From IMG/VR virus record IMGVR_UViG_2061766007_000189: a DNA stretch of 47,981 nucleotides; one strand, written 5' to 3'. Position numbers and translations under genes: made by a program. Shown in pieces: positions 1 through 9,764 of the stretch (its first letter is position 1; each line of letters starts with the position of its first letter). The DNA comes from an uncultured virus (IMG/VR IMGVR_UViG_2061766007_000189). Its lineage: Duplodnaviria; Heunggongvirae; Uroviricota; Caudoviricetes. The notes under the pieces were generated by a model that did not search any database, was not told where the DNA came from, and saw only the letters and a list, made by a program, of their open reading frames with translations.

Positions 1-283
1 ATGGACTTAATGAAACGGATGTTTCAAAGCTTGATTTGATAACAAACGCTTCTCCGGGTTCAACTGCTTTGTGTGACGATACAGGCAATTTGTATAGGCT
101 TACNNNNNNNNNNACCGGGATCAACAGCTTTGTGTGATGATACGGGCAATTTGTATAGGCTTACACTAAGCGGATGGGCGCTTGTAGGGGGAAGCTCTGA
201 TGGATAATTGGGAAATTTACAATTATGTCAAAGCTAAAAAAGGCGGCGGTTCAGGTGACAATTCCACGCTTGACGCATTGATT
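1..283 (+). CDS. Fragments of a small tail-associated gene and the start of an LRR gene (variant of 14888-15552)
   Basis: Translates to ...DVSKLDLITNASPGSTALCDDTG... then MDNWEIYNYVKAKKGGGSGDNSTLDALI, matching 15307-15552 and 14888-15310; broken by N gaps. Confidence 0.7.
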
Positions 284-354
284 NNNNNNNNNNNNNNNNN
301 ACAATTCCCCCGTCATGCCGTTAGGTCAGCGTTAATAATTTTGTCCTGTGCTTT

Positions 355-465
355 TTAAAAAGTTTTCAAAGCAGCAATAATGAACCAAATCAAACCGCCG
401 ACAACTGCACAAAGTCCAACTAGTTTAGCAAGTTCAAAACTCAGCTTAAAGATGTTCTTTCCCAC
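355..465 (-). CDS. 36-aa hydrophobic single-TM peptide
   Basis: GTG start after GGAGGTG RBS; MGKNIFKLSFELAKLVGLCAVVGGLIWFIIAALKTF*. Confidence 0.7.
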   Translation of the reverse strand: MGKNIFKLSFELAKLVGLCAVVGGLIWFIIAALKTF

Positions 466-494
466 TTGACACACCTCCAACATTGTGGTATATT
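466..494 (+). promoter_or_regulatory. Sigma-A promoter, antisense to the 46-aa peptide gene
   Basis: TTGACA-17 nt-TATATT with TG extension. Confidence 0.7.
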
Positions 495-558
495 TATTCT
501 AAACACTTTCCCTTGGGGGATTTTCGCCCCCTCGGTACTTGTGCTTTTGGTTTAGGCT

Positions 559-699
559 TTAAAGATTTTTCCAAATTTGAATTATGGTCTTTATTGCCAT
601 CTCTGCTAAGGTTATTTGTGTTAGAAGCTTGATAACCTCAGCTATCAGCTTACTGAGTTGTGCTACCATCTCGGTAAGCTTTTTTATTTTGTCTTTCAC
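559..699 (-). CDS. 46-aa amphipathic peptide
   Basis: MKDKIKKLTEMVAQLSKLIAEVIKLLTQITLAEMAIKTIIQIWKNL*; purine-rich RBS upstream; GC hairpin downstream at about 515-532. Confidence 0.65.
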   Translation of the reverse strand: MKDKIKKLTEMVAQLSKLIAEVIKLLTQITLAEMAIKTIIQIWKNL

Positions 700-959
700 A
701 TTTTCACCCCTTTCGTTCGTTTCTGTAATATATTATACACTCGTTTCGAGTACTTGTCAACGATTTTTAATAGAAAATTATGCACAAATCGGGTTAATAA
801 ATNNNNNNNNNNCGCAACTCGAATCCTTGTCCATTCTGAGTACTCAATTCCTGCAACTGCTCGACATATCATGTCTATTCTTTCTTCTTTATCCATCTTT
901 CTCACCTCCTTTCTGACATCTGCCGCTGTATTCAGTTCGGTTTCCCTTGCTGTGATTAT

Positions 960-1114
960 ATTATATCAAACATTTGTTAGTGTGTCAACGTATTTTTTCA
1001 AACTTTTGTAAGATTGTACACTTGCACAAATGTTTGATTAATTTTTGTGACAAGTCAACAAATGTTATCTTTTCAAACCAATCTATTGACAAACTCCAAC
1101 ATTTGTTGTAATAT
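960..1114. promoter_or_regulatory. Genetic switch 1: divergent promoters with operator repeats
   Basis: Minus strand TTGACA-17-TATAAT (988-960); plus strand TTGACA-17-TAATAT (1086-1114); repeated AACA(A/T)(A/T)TGTT palindromes near 969, 1026, 1057 and 1098. Confidence 0.75.
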
Positions 1115-1137
1115 AATTAAAAAGAGGTGAGAAACAA

Positions 1138-1488
1138 ATGTTAGATAAGGAAACTATAATTGAATTAAGAAAAACTAAAGGTTTAACTGGGCAAGAAGTC
1201 GCTAACGCTATAGGCATTTCCTACAAAGTTTATCAAACATATGAAAGCGGTGTAAGAAATGCTGGGTTACCAGTAGTAGAAAAGCTTGCCGACTTCTACG
1301 GAGTAACCACAGACTATCTACTTGGACGTGAGCCGCAACCCAACCCACTTGCAATGCTAAACATAAGCGTCAACGATAAAAAGTTTATTGAGATTTACAA
1401 CGAGCTTTCCGATTTGCATAAACAAATTTTTGTTGATACTATGATTAAGCTGTCGGAGGCTGGAGAACAACACAAAAAGAAATCGTAA
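1138..1488 (+). CDS. XRE-family HTH repressor (CI-like)
   Basis: ELRKTKGLTGQEVANAIGIS...YESG...LADFYGVTTDYLLGR. Confidence 0.9.
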   Translation: MLDKETIIELRKTKGLTGQEVANAIGISYKVYQTYESGVRNAGLPVVEKLADFYGVTTDYLLGREPQPNPLAMLNISVNDKKFIEIYNELSDLHKQIFVDTMIKLSEAGEQHKKKS

Positions 1489-2206
1489 CTACATTATAAT
1501 GCTTATTTAATAAGCACTCGTAAGAGTGCTTATTTACCAACTTGTCAAGACTTTTTTCAAAAAAATTTTTTGGACGAAACAAAAAGCCGCCCTGCTCCGC
1601 TTCAAGCAGAGTAGGACGGTACTNNNNNNNNNNTAAGCACTCGTAAGAGTGCTTATTTACCGACCTGTCAAGACTTTTTTCAAAAAATTTTTTTGAACGA
1701 AACAAAAAGCCGCCCTGCTCCGCTTCAAGCAGAGTAGGACGGTACTNNNNNNNNNNGCCGCCCTGCTCCGCTTCAAGCAGAGTAGGACGGCAATAAAAAA
1801 ATCGCCCAAAGCTATGGTAAAACTTTGAGCGATTAATATGGAGTAATGACGTGATTATCAATCACAATATTATAATACATGATAAAAATCTATTTGTCAN
1901 NNNNNNNNNCCTAACAATTACTATTGGGTAAAGCTTGGGAGAGATTTGGGGAAATGTTGGGAGAATAACACAAGTAACTGTCAATAGTTATTTGTGTTAG
2001 CAGAGTTATTAAAATAACCCGATTAACACAATCGGATTATTTTTTATAAATCAAACTTTTTCGGACTGCTCGGACAGCTCCGGACGGTCCCGGAATGAGA
2101 AGGAGGTACAATATTGTGCCAATCAATAAAGCATTAGACAAAAACGGTAAACCAATCAAAAAAGACGGTAAAATNNNNNNNNNNTAAAAAAACGAGGAGG
2201 TACAAT

Positions 2207-2500
2207 ATGCCGATTAACAAAGCATTAGACAAAAACGGTAAACCTCAAAAAAGACGGCAAAATTAAGTACCGTGTGCGTGTCAACTACACCGACAGCTAC
2301 GGCAACAACAAGCAGATAGAGCGGACAGCCTACGGGGCAGATGAAGCAAAGCAGCTTGAAAGGGAACTGCTCCACTCTGTCAAAGAAGAAACACCAACAA
2401 AGAAAATGACTTTCGGACAACTTTATGAAGAGTATAAAAAAGCAAAGAAGCACGAAACAAGACAGTCAACTCAAGACACCCTTGAAACACGTATAAAAAC
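2207..2500 (+). CDS. Tyrosine integrase N-terminal fragment (variant copy)
   Basis: Nearly identical to the N-terminus of 3103-4173; cut by an N gap. Confidence 0.8.
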
Positions 2501-2510
2501 NNNNNNNNNN

Positions 2511-2770
2511 TTGACAAATGGTATAAAGTACAAGTAGGGGCTTTTGAGAATAAAACCAATGCTGAAAAGCAGCTTGAAAAGGTAAAGCAGGCAGGATTTA
2601 AAGATTGCTTTATTGCTACAAACGGGACAGTAAAGAAATCTGTTACAGAAGTTGCGAAAGAAGTAATTGCAGGCAAGTGGGGTGCCGGAGCTGAGAGAAA
2701 GACGGCACTTGAAAAGGCAGGGTATGACTATGCAGCTGTTCAGGCTAAGGTTAACGAGCTTATGAGATAA
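2511..2770 (+). CDS. Endolysin C-terminal fragment (SPOR and CW_7-like binding domains)
   Basis: WYKVQVGAF...AKEVIAGKWGAGAERKTALEKAGYDYAAVQAKVNELMR*. Confidence 0.85.
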
Positions 2771-2787
2771 TTACATATTTTGAGTTT

Positions 2788-2838
2788 AAAAGCCGCTCTT
2801 CGGTACTTGTGATAGGTACTGAGGAGCGGCTTGTTTTT
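2788..2838 (+). terminator. Intrinsic terminator after endolysin
   Basis: AAGCCGCTCTT...GAGGAGCGGCTT stem followed by a T tract; homologous copy at about 11291-11336. Confidence 0.75.
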
Positions 2839-2840
2839 AT

Positions 2841-3095
2841 CCCCGAAAAATCCCCGAAAAAGTGAAAATTCGGGATTTTTTAAGGTGTTGTTAAAAGTTT
2901 TGAAAATGCTGAAAAATAGCTTGGTTATGCGGCTTTTTTAGGGATTTGATGATTGCGGAAAATTGTCAAAAGTGATATAAAAATTATTCGATTGGAACAG
3001 CAAATAACTTGTAAAAACGGCTTATAAAGCCGTTTTATCTTATTTTAACCCCGAAAAATCCCCGAATTATTCGCAAAAAAAATAAATCGGGGGGG
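2841..3095. other. attP-like region with integrase arm-type repeats
   Basis: CCCCGAAAAATCCCCGAA doublets at 2841 and 3049, between convergent lysin and integrase genes on one gap-free contig. Confidence 0.65.
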
Positions 3096-3102
3096 TAAAA
3101 AC

Positions 3103-4173
3103 TTATTTTACTTTAATTTGGTTGAGCACCGTTAATGCTCTTTCAGATTCCTTTGGATAAAGATGTGAGTAAGTCTTTAACGTCATGCTTATATTAGCGT
3201 GTCCAAGACGTCTTGCTATTTCCTGAATGTTAATTCCATTGTTCGCTAAAAGACTTGCGTGAGAATGTCGAAAATCATGAATACGGATCTTTTGTACATT
3301 TGCTTTTTTGGCGAATCTTGCATTCGATTCTCTAAGTGTTCCGATACGAATTGGATTGGTTCCTCCACAAATAAAATAATTATTTGTAAAATCAGGCATT
3401 GCTTTACAACGAGCATAGTGTTCGTCAAGTACGATTTGCAACGGTTCAGGAATCTGAATAATGCGAATAGAACTCTTGTTTTTCGGAGGTGTTATCTTTA
3501 CTTTCACTCTTTCATTGTACGATTTGGTGATGTTTATTTCACTGTTTCGTACATCTTCCCAGTTTAAAGCAAGGATTTCACCTCTTCTCATTCCTGTATA
3601 AAAAGCAATACAAAAGAATGTGTAAATGCTCCAGCGTAATAATGTGTCGTTTTCCTCAGCGTATTTTTGTGCTTCTGAAATATACAGTTGAAATTCTTCG
3701 GGAGTATAAAAGTTAAATTTCTTAACTTCTTCTAACGGAGCTTTAAAGTTTCCTATACGTGCTAATGGATTTTGAGAAATGTATTCCATTTTGACTGCAT
3801 AATTAAGTACAGCAGAGAAATTCTTAAATATTTCCTTTTTTGAGCCAAAACTTTGCTCGCTTTCATTAACCTTCTGTTTCCACTGTTGCAAAGCGGGAAG
3901 GTTAAGACGATCCAGTCTAACATTTTCAAAGGTTGGTAATATATGGGTTTTTATTCTGCAGCTTTTTATCTGCTGTGTAGACTCCTTTGTTTCGTGCTTG
4001 GTGACTTCCATGTACTCTTCATAAAGTTGTCCGAAAGTCATTTTCTTTGTAGGTGTTTCTTCTTTGACGGAGTGACTTAGCTCCCTTTCAACCTGTTTCG
4101 CTTCATCAGCTCCGTAGGCTGTCCGTTCTATCTGCTTGTTGTTGCCGTAGCTGTCGGTGTAGTTGACACGCAC
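3103..4173 (-). CDS. int: Phage tyrosine integrase (5' end at gap)
   Basis: TGMRRGEILAL, HDFRHSHAS, LGHANISMTLKTYSH: the R-HxxR-H-Y catalytic set. Confidence 0.95.
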   Translation of the reverse strand: MRVNYTDSYGNNKQIERTAYGADEAKQVERELSHSVKEETPTKKMTFGQLYEEYMEVTKHETKESTQQIKSCRIKTHILPTFENVRLDRLNLPALQQWKQKVNESEQSFGSKKEIFKNFSAVLNYAVKMEYISQNPLARIGNFKAPLEEVKKFNFYTPEEFQLYISEAQKYAEENDTLLRWSIYTFFCIAFYTGMRRGEILALNWEDVRNSEINITKSYNERVKVKITPPKNKSSIRIIQIPEPLQIVLDEHYARCKAMPDFTNNYFICGGTNPIRIGTLRESNARFAKKANVQKIRIHDFRHSHASLLANNGINIQEIARRLGHANISMTLKTYSHLYPKESERALTVLNQIKVK

Positions 4174-4322
4174 ACGNNNNNNNNNNGGAGTGACTCAACT
4201 CACGTTCAAGCTGCTTTGCTTCATCAGCTCCGTATGCTGTCCGCTCGATCTGCTTGTTGTTTCCGTAACTGTCTGTGTAGTTGACACGCACACGGTACTT
4301 GATTTTACCGTCNNNNNNNNNN

Positions 4323-4715
4323 TCTTCGTATTATAAAACGGCACAACTTGTGTTGTTAAAATATTGGCTGTATAATCCGAGCCGTAACGTCCATGGATGC
4401 CAACCTGTGGCGCTGCGCCAGCATAATCCGCATCACCATAAACTTTCACTGAGGTGCTATATATATCGCTTATAACGTGAACATCGTCATAGGAACTTAC
4501 GGTATTGATTATAAATGTTGGCATATAAGTAACCGATATATTTTCCGGTTCAAGAGCTTGGCAAAAGCAAATAAATACAGTGCTGTCAGTTTTGTAAACC
4601 GCTATGTGTGCAGAAAATGTATCTTGGAAATCATATTGTGCGTAAACCGGAGTTCCACCGTTTTCACTATTTAGATCCCAGACTACTGACACCCTGGCAT
4701 TAACACCGTCTGTTG
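4323..4715 (-). CDS. Fragment of an unknown beta-rich protein, possibly tail-associated
   Basis: Open frame between two gaps; no recognised motif. Confidence 0.35.
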
Positions 4716-4725
4716 NNNNNNNNNN

Positions 4726-4977
4726 TCATAATTGGATATAGCCAGCGCCGCCTGTTGCTGCCCCTGCAACTGAACCGCTCACAATATCTTGTAAAACATG
4801 CTCGACAGCAATTCCAGCAAAAATATCTTTCCCGGATTCCAGTCTTTCCAGCCTAGCCTCAATATCCTTTAGTTCTATTTCTAAATTTGAATTTGGCAAA
4901 TAACCTGTAGTATTACGGTTCAAAACCGATTGCTCTACATTTAGCAAAAATGTTGCGCTGTATGCCACTTTTTCAGT
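4726..4977 (-). CDS. C-terminal fragment of a BppU-like variant
   Basis: AYSATFLLNVEQSV parallels GYSATFEINVEKSV in 16036-16758. Confidence 0.55.
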   Translation of the reverse strand, partial: TEKVAYSATFLLNVEQSVLNRNTTGYLPNSNLEIELKDIEARLERLESGKDIFAGIAVEHVLQDIVSGSVAGAATGGAGYIQL

Positions 4978-5037
4978 NNNNNNNNNNAGGGGCGGTTCTT
5001 TCTAAATAAAAAACGTTGAAAAATTTGTCAAAATCTA

Positions 5038-5146
5038 TTGACAAATAGATTTTTATCATGTATTATAATATTGTGATTGATAATCACGTCATTACTCCAT
5101 AGTAATTGCTCAAAGTTTTACCATAGCTTTGGGCGATTTTTTTTTA
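5038..5146 (+). ncRNA. Candidate small RNA with its own promoter and terminator
   Basis: TTGACA-17-TATTAT, GTGATT/AATCAC hairpin, GCTCAAAG/CTTTGGGC terminator with T run; copy at about 1795-1899 on the minus strand. Confidence 0.55.
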
Positions 5147-5329
5147 TTGCCGTCCTACTCTGCTTGAAGCGGAGCAGGGCGGTGTTTTGTTCTGTTTATA
5201 TTCCGTTTATATTCCGATTTTATTCCGTTCAAAGCTTTTTCTTTGAGCGGATATTTTTTTAAAAAAAGTCTTGACAAATCGGTAAATAAGCACTCTGCGA
5301 GTGCTATGTAAATAAGCATTATAATGTAG

Positions 5330-5642
5330 TTACGATTTCTTTTTGTGTTGTTCTCCANNNNNNNNNNNNNNNNNNNNNNNNNNNNNNNNNNNNNNNNNNN
5401 NNNNNNNNNNNNNNNNNNNNNNNNNNNNNNNNNNNNNNNNNNNNNNNNNNNNNNNNNNNNNNNNNNNNNNNNNNNNNNNNNNNNNAAAAGTATCCGCTAT
5501 TTTACAAAGCAATTCATATTTGGGTTCGCTGACTCCCTGCTCATAAGTTTGCCACGCTCGTATTTTTACACCAAAAGTATCAGCACATTCTTGTTGTGTA
5601 AATCCTCTCGCTTCTCTTGCATTTTTTATATTGTTTTTCACA
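5330..5642 (-). CDS. XRE-family repressor, variant 2 (gapped)
   Basis: IKNAREARGFTQQECADTFGV...YEQG..EP; same GEQHKKKS end as 1138-1488. Confidence 0.85.
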
Positions 5643-5661
5643 AAGTCACCTCCTATAATTA

Positions 5662-5826
5662 ATGGTATCATAAATAATGTTAGTTGTCAAGGCGATATTT
5701 TAGAATAATGCCGTCATATAACATTAATTATGCAACTTGTACAAAAGTAGTGACATAAATTTTACGTTTATCTATCATAAAAAATGTTAGTTTATCGTTG
5801 ACAGCTAACATAAAACGTGTTATAAT
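5662..5826. promoter_or_regulatory. Genetic switch 2: divergent promoters
   Basis: Plus strand TTGACA-17-TATAAT (5798-5826); minus strand TTGACA-17-TACCAT (5690-5662); recurring TAACAT/ATGTTA half-sites. Confidence 0.75.
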
Positions 5827-5886
5827 AAAATCACAGCAAGGGAAACCGAACTGAATACAGCGGCAGAAGCCAAGGAGAATACAAAA

Positions 5887-6039
5887 ATGACAAATATTGA
5901 TAAAATGGTAGAAATGATGAAAGCTGCATACATTGAAATTATGGGCGCCGAGAAATGGAACAGCCTTACAGAAGAAGAGCAGCATGACGCTATAATGTTT
6001 ATGGTTAAAGATGCAACCAAAGCATTGGACAGAATCTAA
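5887..6039 (+). CDS. 50-aa hypothetical early protein
   Basis: AAGGAG RBS; MTNIDKMVEMMKAAYIEIMGAEKWNSLTEEEQHDAIMFMVKDATKALDRI*. Confidence 0.65.
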   Translation: MTNIDKMVEMMKAAYIEIMGAEKWNSLTEEEQHDAIMFMVKDATKALDRI

Positions 6040-6485
6040 TTTTTTAACGCTGACCTAACGGCATGACGGGGGAATAAAAAAAGAAAGGATTGATATTTAT
6101 GAAAAACAAAGAGTATTCAAGAAGTACCGACATCAGGAACGCTGCCGAGCTTTACGACAATTTGTCAACTTCGGACAAAGCATTGATTGACGCTATGATG
6201 AATATNNNNNNNNNNTGATTTGAAAGAACTTTTGTTTGAGAGAACTTACAATGCGTGGAAAGGCAAAAATGATGTTTTTGCATATTACCTCACTGCATTG
6301 TACGCACTTATTATTGAAGCAGGCTTAGACAACGAATTTCAGGAATGGAAAAAGAACAAGGAGGAAAAATCAGATGAATGATTTGAAAATTTTNNNNNNN
6401 NNNGTTGCTTCAAAACATACAGCGTTTGCAGAATTATTCGGACAAGAACGATACAGCAGTTTCTATTGGAAAGAGGTAATTTAGA

Positions 6486-6759
6486 TGAATGATTTGAAAA
6501 TTTTTGAGAACGAGCAGTTCGGTAGTATCCGAACAATTGAGATTAACAGCGAACCGTGGTTTGTGGGTAAAGACGTAGCTGAGGTACTTGGTTACAGTAA
6601 TCCGAGGGACGCACTCAAGAAGCACGTTGATTCCGAAGACAAGGGGGTAGCAAATTGCGACACCCTTGGAGGAAGTCAGGAATTGACTATCATCAACGAA
6701 AGCGGCTTGTACAGTCTTATCCTTTCAAGCAAGCTCCCAACAGCAAAGGAGTTTAAGCG
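6486..6759 (+). CDS. Antirepressor Bro-N domain (fragment)
   Basis: IFENEQFGSIRT...PWFVGKDVAEVLGY...INESGLYSLILSSKLP. Confidence 0.9.
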
Positions 6760-6884
6760 NNNNNNNNNNCAGAGAGTTATTTTCATGCAACTCAACAACA
6801 GCGACACGGCTGAAAAAATCCGTGCAAGCAGCTATGGCTGCAAAAGATAAGCCGGTGAGAACATGGCTTCCGGGNNNNNNNNNN

Positions 6885-7163
6885 TCCCTCAATCCGAAAG
6901 CACGGTGCATACATGACCGCCAACACACTTGAACAGGCTTTGTTAAGTCCCGACTACTTAATCAGACTTGCAACGGCTTTAAAGAACGAGCAGGAGCAGA
7001 GGAAGCTTCTTGAACAAAAGAACGCAGAGCAGCGTTTGAAAATCGAAGAGGACAAGCCGAAAGTAATATTTGCAAACGCAGTTGAAACGGCAAAGACTTC
7101 AATTCTTGTCGGCGAGCTTGCAAAGATACTCAAACAAAACGGAGTGGCAACAGGTCAAAAACG
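6885..7163 (+). CDS. Antirepressor C-terminal (ANT/KilAC) fragment
   Basis: LPSIRKHGAYMT...PDYLIRLATALK...KPKVIFANAV...ILVGELAKIL. Confidence 0.85.
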
Positions 7164-7173
7164 NNNNNNNNNN

Positions 7174-8164
7174 GGTTAACAATTGCACTGTCGAGATTAG
7201 GCAGTACAACGGGCAGAAAGTATTAACTTTCAAAGACATTGATTTAGCACACGGCAGACCAGAGGGGACAGCTCGAAAGAGATTTAACGACAATAAGGAG
7301 CATTTTATTGAGGGAGTTGATTACTTTAAGGTTTGTGCGTCCGAAATTCGGACACACAAAATAATGGAGATTTCTTCAAAGGTAAGAGAGGATATAACCC
7401 TTGTTACCGAAAGCGGTTACTTAATGATTGTTAAGTCATTCACGGACAACCTTTCATGGGACGTGCAAAGGTTCTTGGTCAACAGCTATTTCAGAGCTAA
7501 AGAAGAAAAACCGAAATACGCACAGCAGAAAGTTTTCAATGACGGTTACGAATACTTTGATAAAACTTTTAGGGGCGAAACGGTTTATACGCTTGCAGAT
7601 GTTGAGCATTTTTCAAATATAAGCTATTCAAACATTAAATACTATGTCCGTGCACACTTTGAACGAAATAAGGATTACATTGTCGTACAGCGTGGGGAGC
7701 TTCACGAATACAAGAAAGAAAACCCGAAAACACCAAGAGCGAGAAACGCTGTGTGCCTTTTGACTCCCGAAGCATTCAATGAAATGTGTGAGCTTTATGG
7801 AACTAAACCCGGCATCGCACAATCCGAAAAGCCTGAAACGAAACAAGAGGCAACACAACAGGCAATACAGACAACAACAGTTGCACAGCCTGACTATTCA
7901 AAGAGAATAACAGCCTTAACAACACTTATGTNNNNNNNNNNGAGCAGGAATTTTAAAGCAAACCGTACACATTTTATTGAAGGTGAAGATTTCTTTATTG
8001 TTAAGCCTTCCGATATTCAGAAAGACGAAATTCGTCTATCCGAAATTAATAACAGAGGTACAACCCTTGTAACCGAAAGCGGTTACTTGATGATTGTTAA
8101 GTCATTCACAGATGACCTTTCATGGGACGTGCAAAGGTTCTTGGTCAACAGCTATTTCAGAGCT
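7174..8164 (+). CDS. ORF6N-domain antirepressor-like fragments (two variants joined at a gap)
   Basis: YNGQKVLTFKDID..H...RFNDNKEHFIEGVDYF; TESGYLMIVKSFTD appears twice. Confidence 0.75.
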
Positions 8165-8183
8165 NNNNNNNNNNTTTTTATTC

Positions 8184-9005
8184 TTACTGAAACGGGAAAT
8201 AACTACGGCATTTTTCACATGTAGTGTATCCTTTTTTTTCAGCATCACTTAAAAGAATTCGTTTTGAATTTTTCATCCCACCACAACAGGGGTCTTTATG
8301 ATACTTTGTACCTTTTTCTGATATAAAAACATAAGTAGCTTTCTGAGAAGTGGATTTCATTTGCATATCTGGGCGATAATTGATTGAAGATGGTGTTGAA
8401 CTATATACTTTTAACGATATAGTTGCTTCTGCCCCATAATTAGTAAAAGTCCCATCGTCTTTTTTATTTCCACCATAAACAGTTACTGAATATACAGCAG
8501 CTATTCTATCCCAATTATTCAATATATAATCAAGGTGCTCTCTTGGAACATTACCAATTTGTTCACCATTTGCATATATACCGACAGCAGTTTCACCTTC
8601 AAAATCATATTGTTCTAGAGTATAGTTTATAAATCCATCAAAAGGTTCATCGTGCCACTTGATTTTTCTTAGTATTGCTTGCCTTGTTTTTCTACCGTTT
8701 GTAAATGTTACTCCTGCTACTTTAAATGTGTAATACTCAGTATTACTTGTATCGGGAATAATAGGTCGATATGAGTTATTTGTAATATTCAATAATAAAT
8801 TGCCATTAACATCAGTAAATTTGCTTGTTGCTATTTGGATAACATCATAAATCCAACCTATTCCGAATAAACCGAGTGTGAAAAGATAAAGAATACCACT
8901 TTTAATTTTACCCACGTAAAAACGATGAACTCCAAAATATCCAAAGAAAATGCACAGAACTAATGCTACAGTTTTATCTTTGTTAAATTTATTCACTTTT
9001 TTCAC
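8184..9005 (-). CDS. Membrane protein with TM2 domain, HIRAN-like domain and C-terminal Cys/His Zn-binding motif
   Basis: LCIFFGYFGVHRFYVGK...LFTLGLFGIGWIYD; FKVAGVTF...QIGNVPR; GTKYH..C...GYTTCEKC. Confidence 0.7.
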   Translation of the reverse strand: MKKVNKFNKDKTVALVLCIFFGYFGVHRFYVGKIKSGILYLFTLGLFGIGWIYDVIQIATSKFTDVNGNLLLNITNNSYRPIIPDTSNTEYYTFKVAGVTFTNGRKTRQAILRKIKWHDEPFDGFINYTLEQYDFEGETAVGIYANGEQIGNVPREHLDYILNNWDRIAAVYSVTVYGGNKKDDGTFTNYGAEATISLKVYSSTPSSINYRPDMQMKSTSQKATYVFISEKGTKYHKDPCCGGMKNSKRILLSDAEKKGYTTCEKCRSYFPFQ

Positions 9006-9014
9006 CTCCTTCTA

Positions 9015-9141
9015 TTGACACACGAAAAAAATAGTGTATCATTATTTAAAGAATGTGAGTTTTTTTGCTATTATTATCAAATTCACGTTCATTACTTCAA
9101 AGCCGCTCAAAGACTGGTACTCTTTGGGCGGTTATTTTTTT
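9015..9141 (+). ncRNA. Candidate small RNA, homologous in structure to 5038-5146
   Basis: TTGACA-16-TATCAT, GTGAGTTT/AAATTCAC hairpin, TCATTACT linker, GCCGCTCAAAG/CTTTGGGCGGT terminator. Confidence 0.5.
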
Positions 9142-9171
9142 GTATAGGGAAACTATTTTCTTGCACGCTTT

Positions 9172-9764
9172 TTAGCTATAATATCCGTAAAGTTCATTCA
9201 ATGTCATTCCAGTCATCTCGCAAATTACACTATTATTGTATTTGTTATAGTTGAAATTTGAGATGTTTGTGTAATCTCTTTTACGAAAATTCATAGAAAC
9301 TTCTGCCATTGGTTCACTTACAAAAAAGCAATCAATATAATCTTTTATTGTTTCTAGTTTCATTTCCATAGCGGCAGGAATTGGACATAAGTAATTTCTT
9401 GCAAAACAATTCGCTTCTTTATCTTCTTTATCGCCATCTTTATGATGTTTTAATACAATATGACCTAATTCGTGAGCCAATGTAAATCTTATTGTTGTAT
9501 CGCATTTACGGTCATTGTAATAAACTTCATACCTATCATTTTTAAAATCTCTTATAGTAAATCCGTAGTCCGATGACGCTAACTCGTAAAATTCATTAAA
9601 AGTAATATTGAATCTTTGAGCAACTTCTGAATAAGAGGTTACTACTATATTACCCATAGCTCTCAGAACTGAGAAGATAGATATAGGAAACGAAAATTCG
9701 TGAAAGGTAATTAATGTTCTGTATGCCATATTTGTAGCAAGTGAATAATCTGGGGTATCAGTCA
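9172..9764 (-). CDS. ImmA/IrrE-family metallopeptidase
   Basis: RFTLAHELGH...EKEANCFA-type motif; directly downstream of an XRE repressor. Confidence 0.9.

Noticed and set aside
1511..1790. Three copies of CCGCCCTGCTCCGCTTCAAGCAGAGTAGGACGG resembling a CRISPR mini-array
   Set aside because: Each copy is separated by an N gap, the intervening DNA is duplicated rather than unique, and the gap-free homolog at 5149-5183 has a single copy. This is assembly redundancy of one hairpin.
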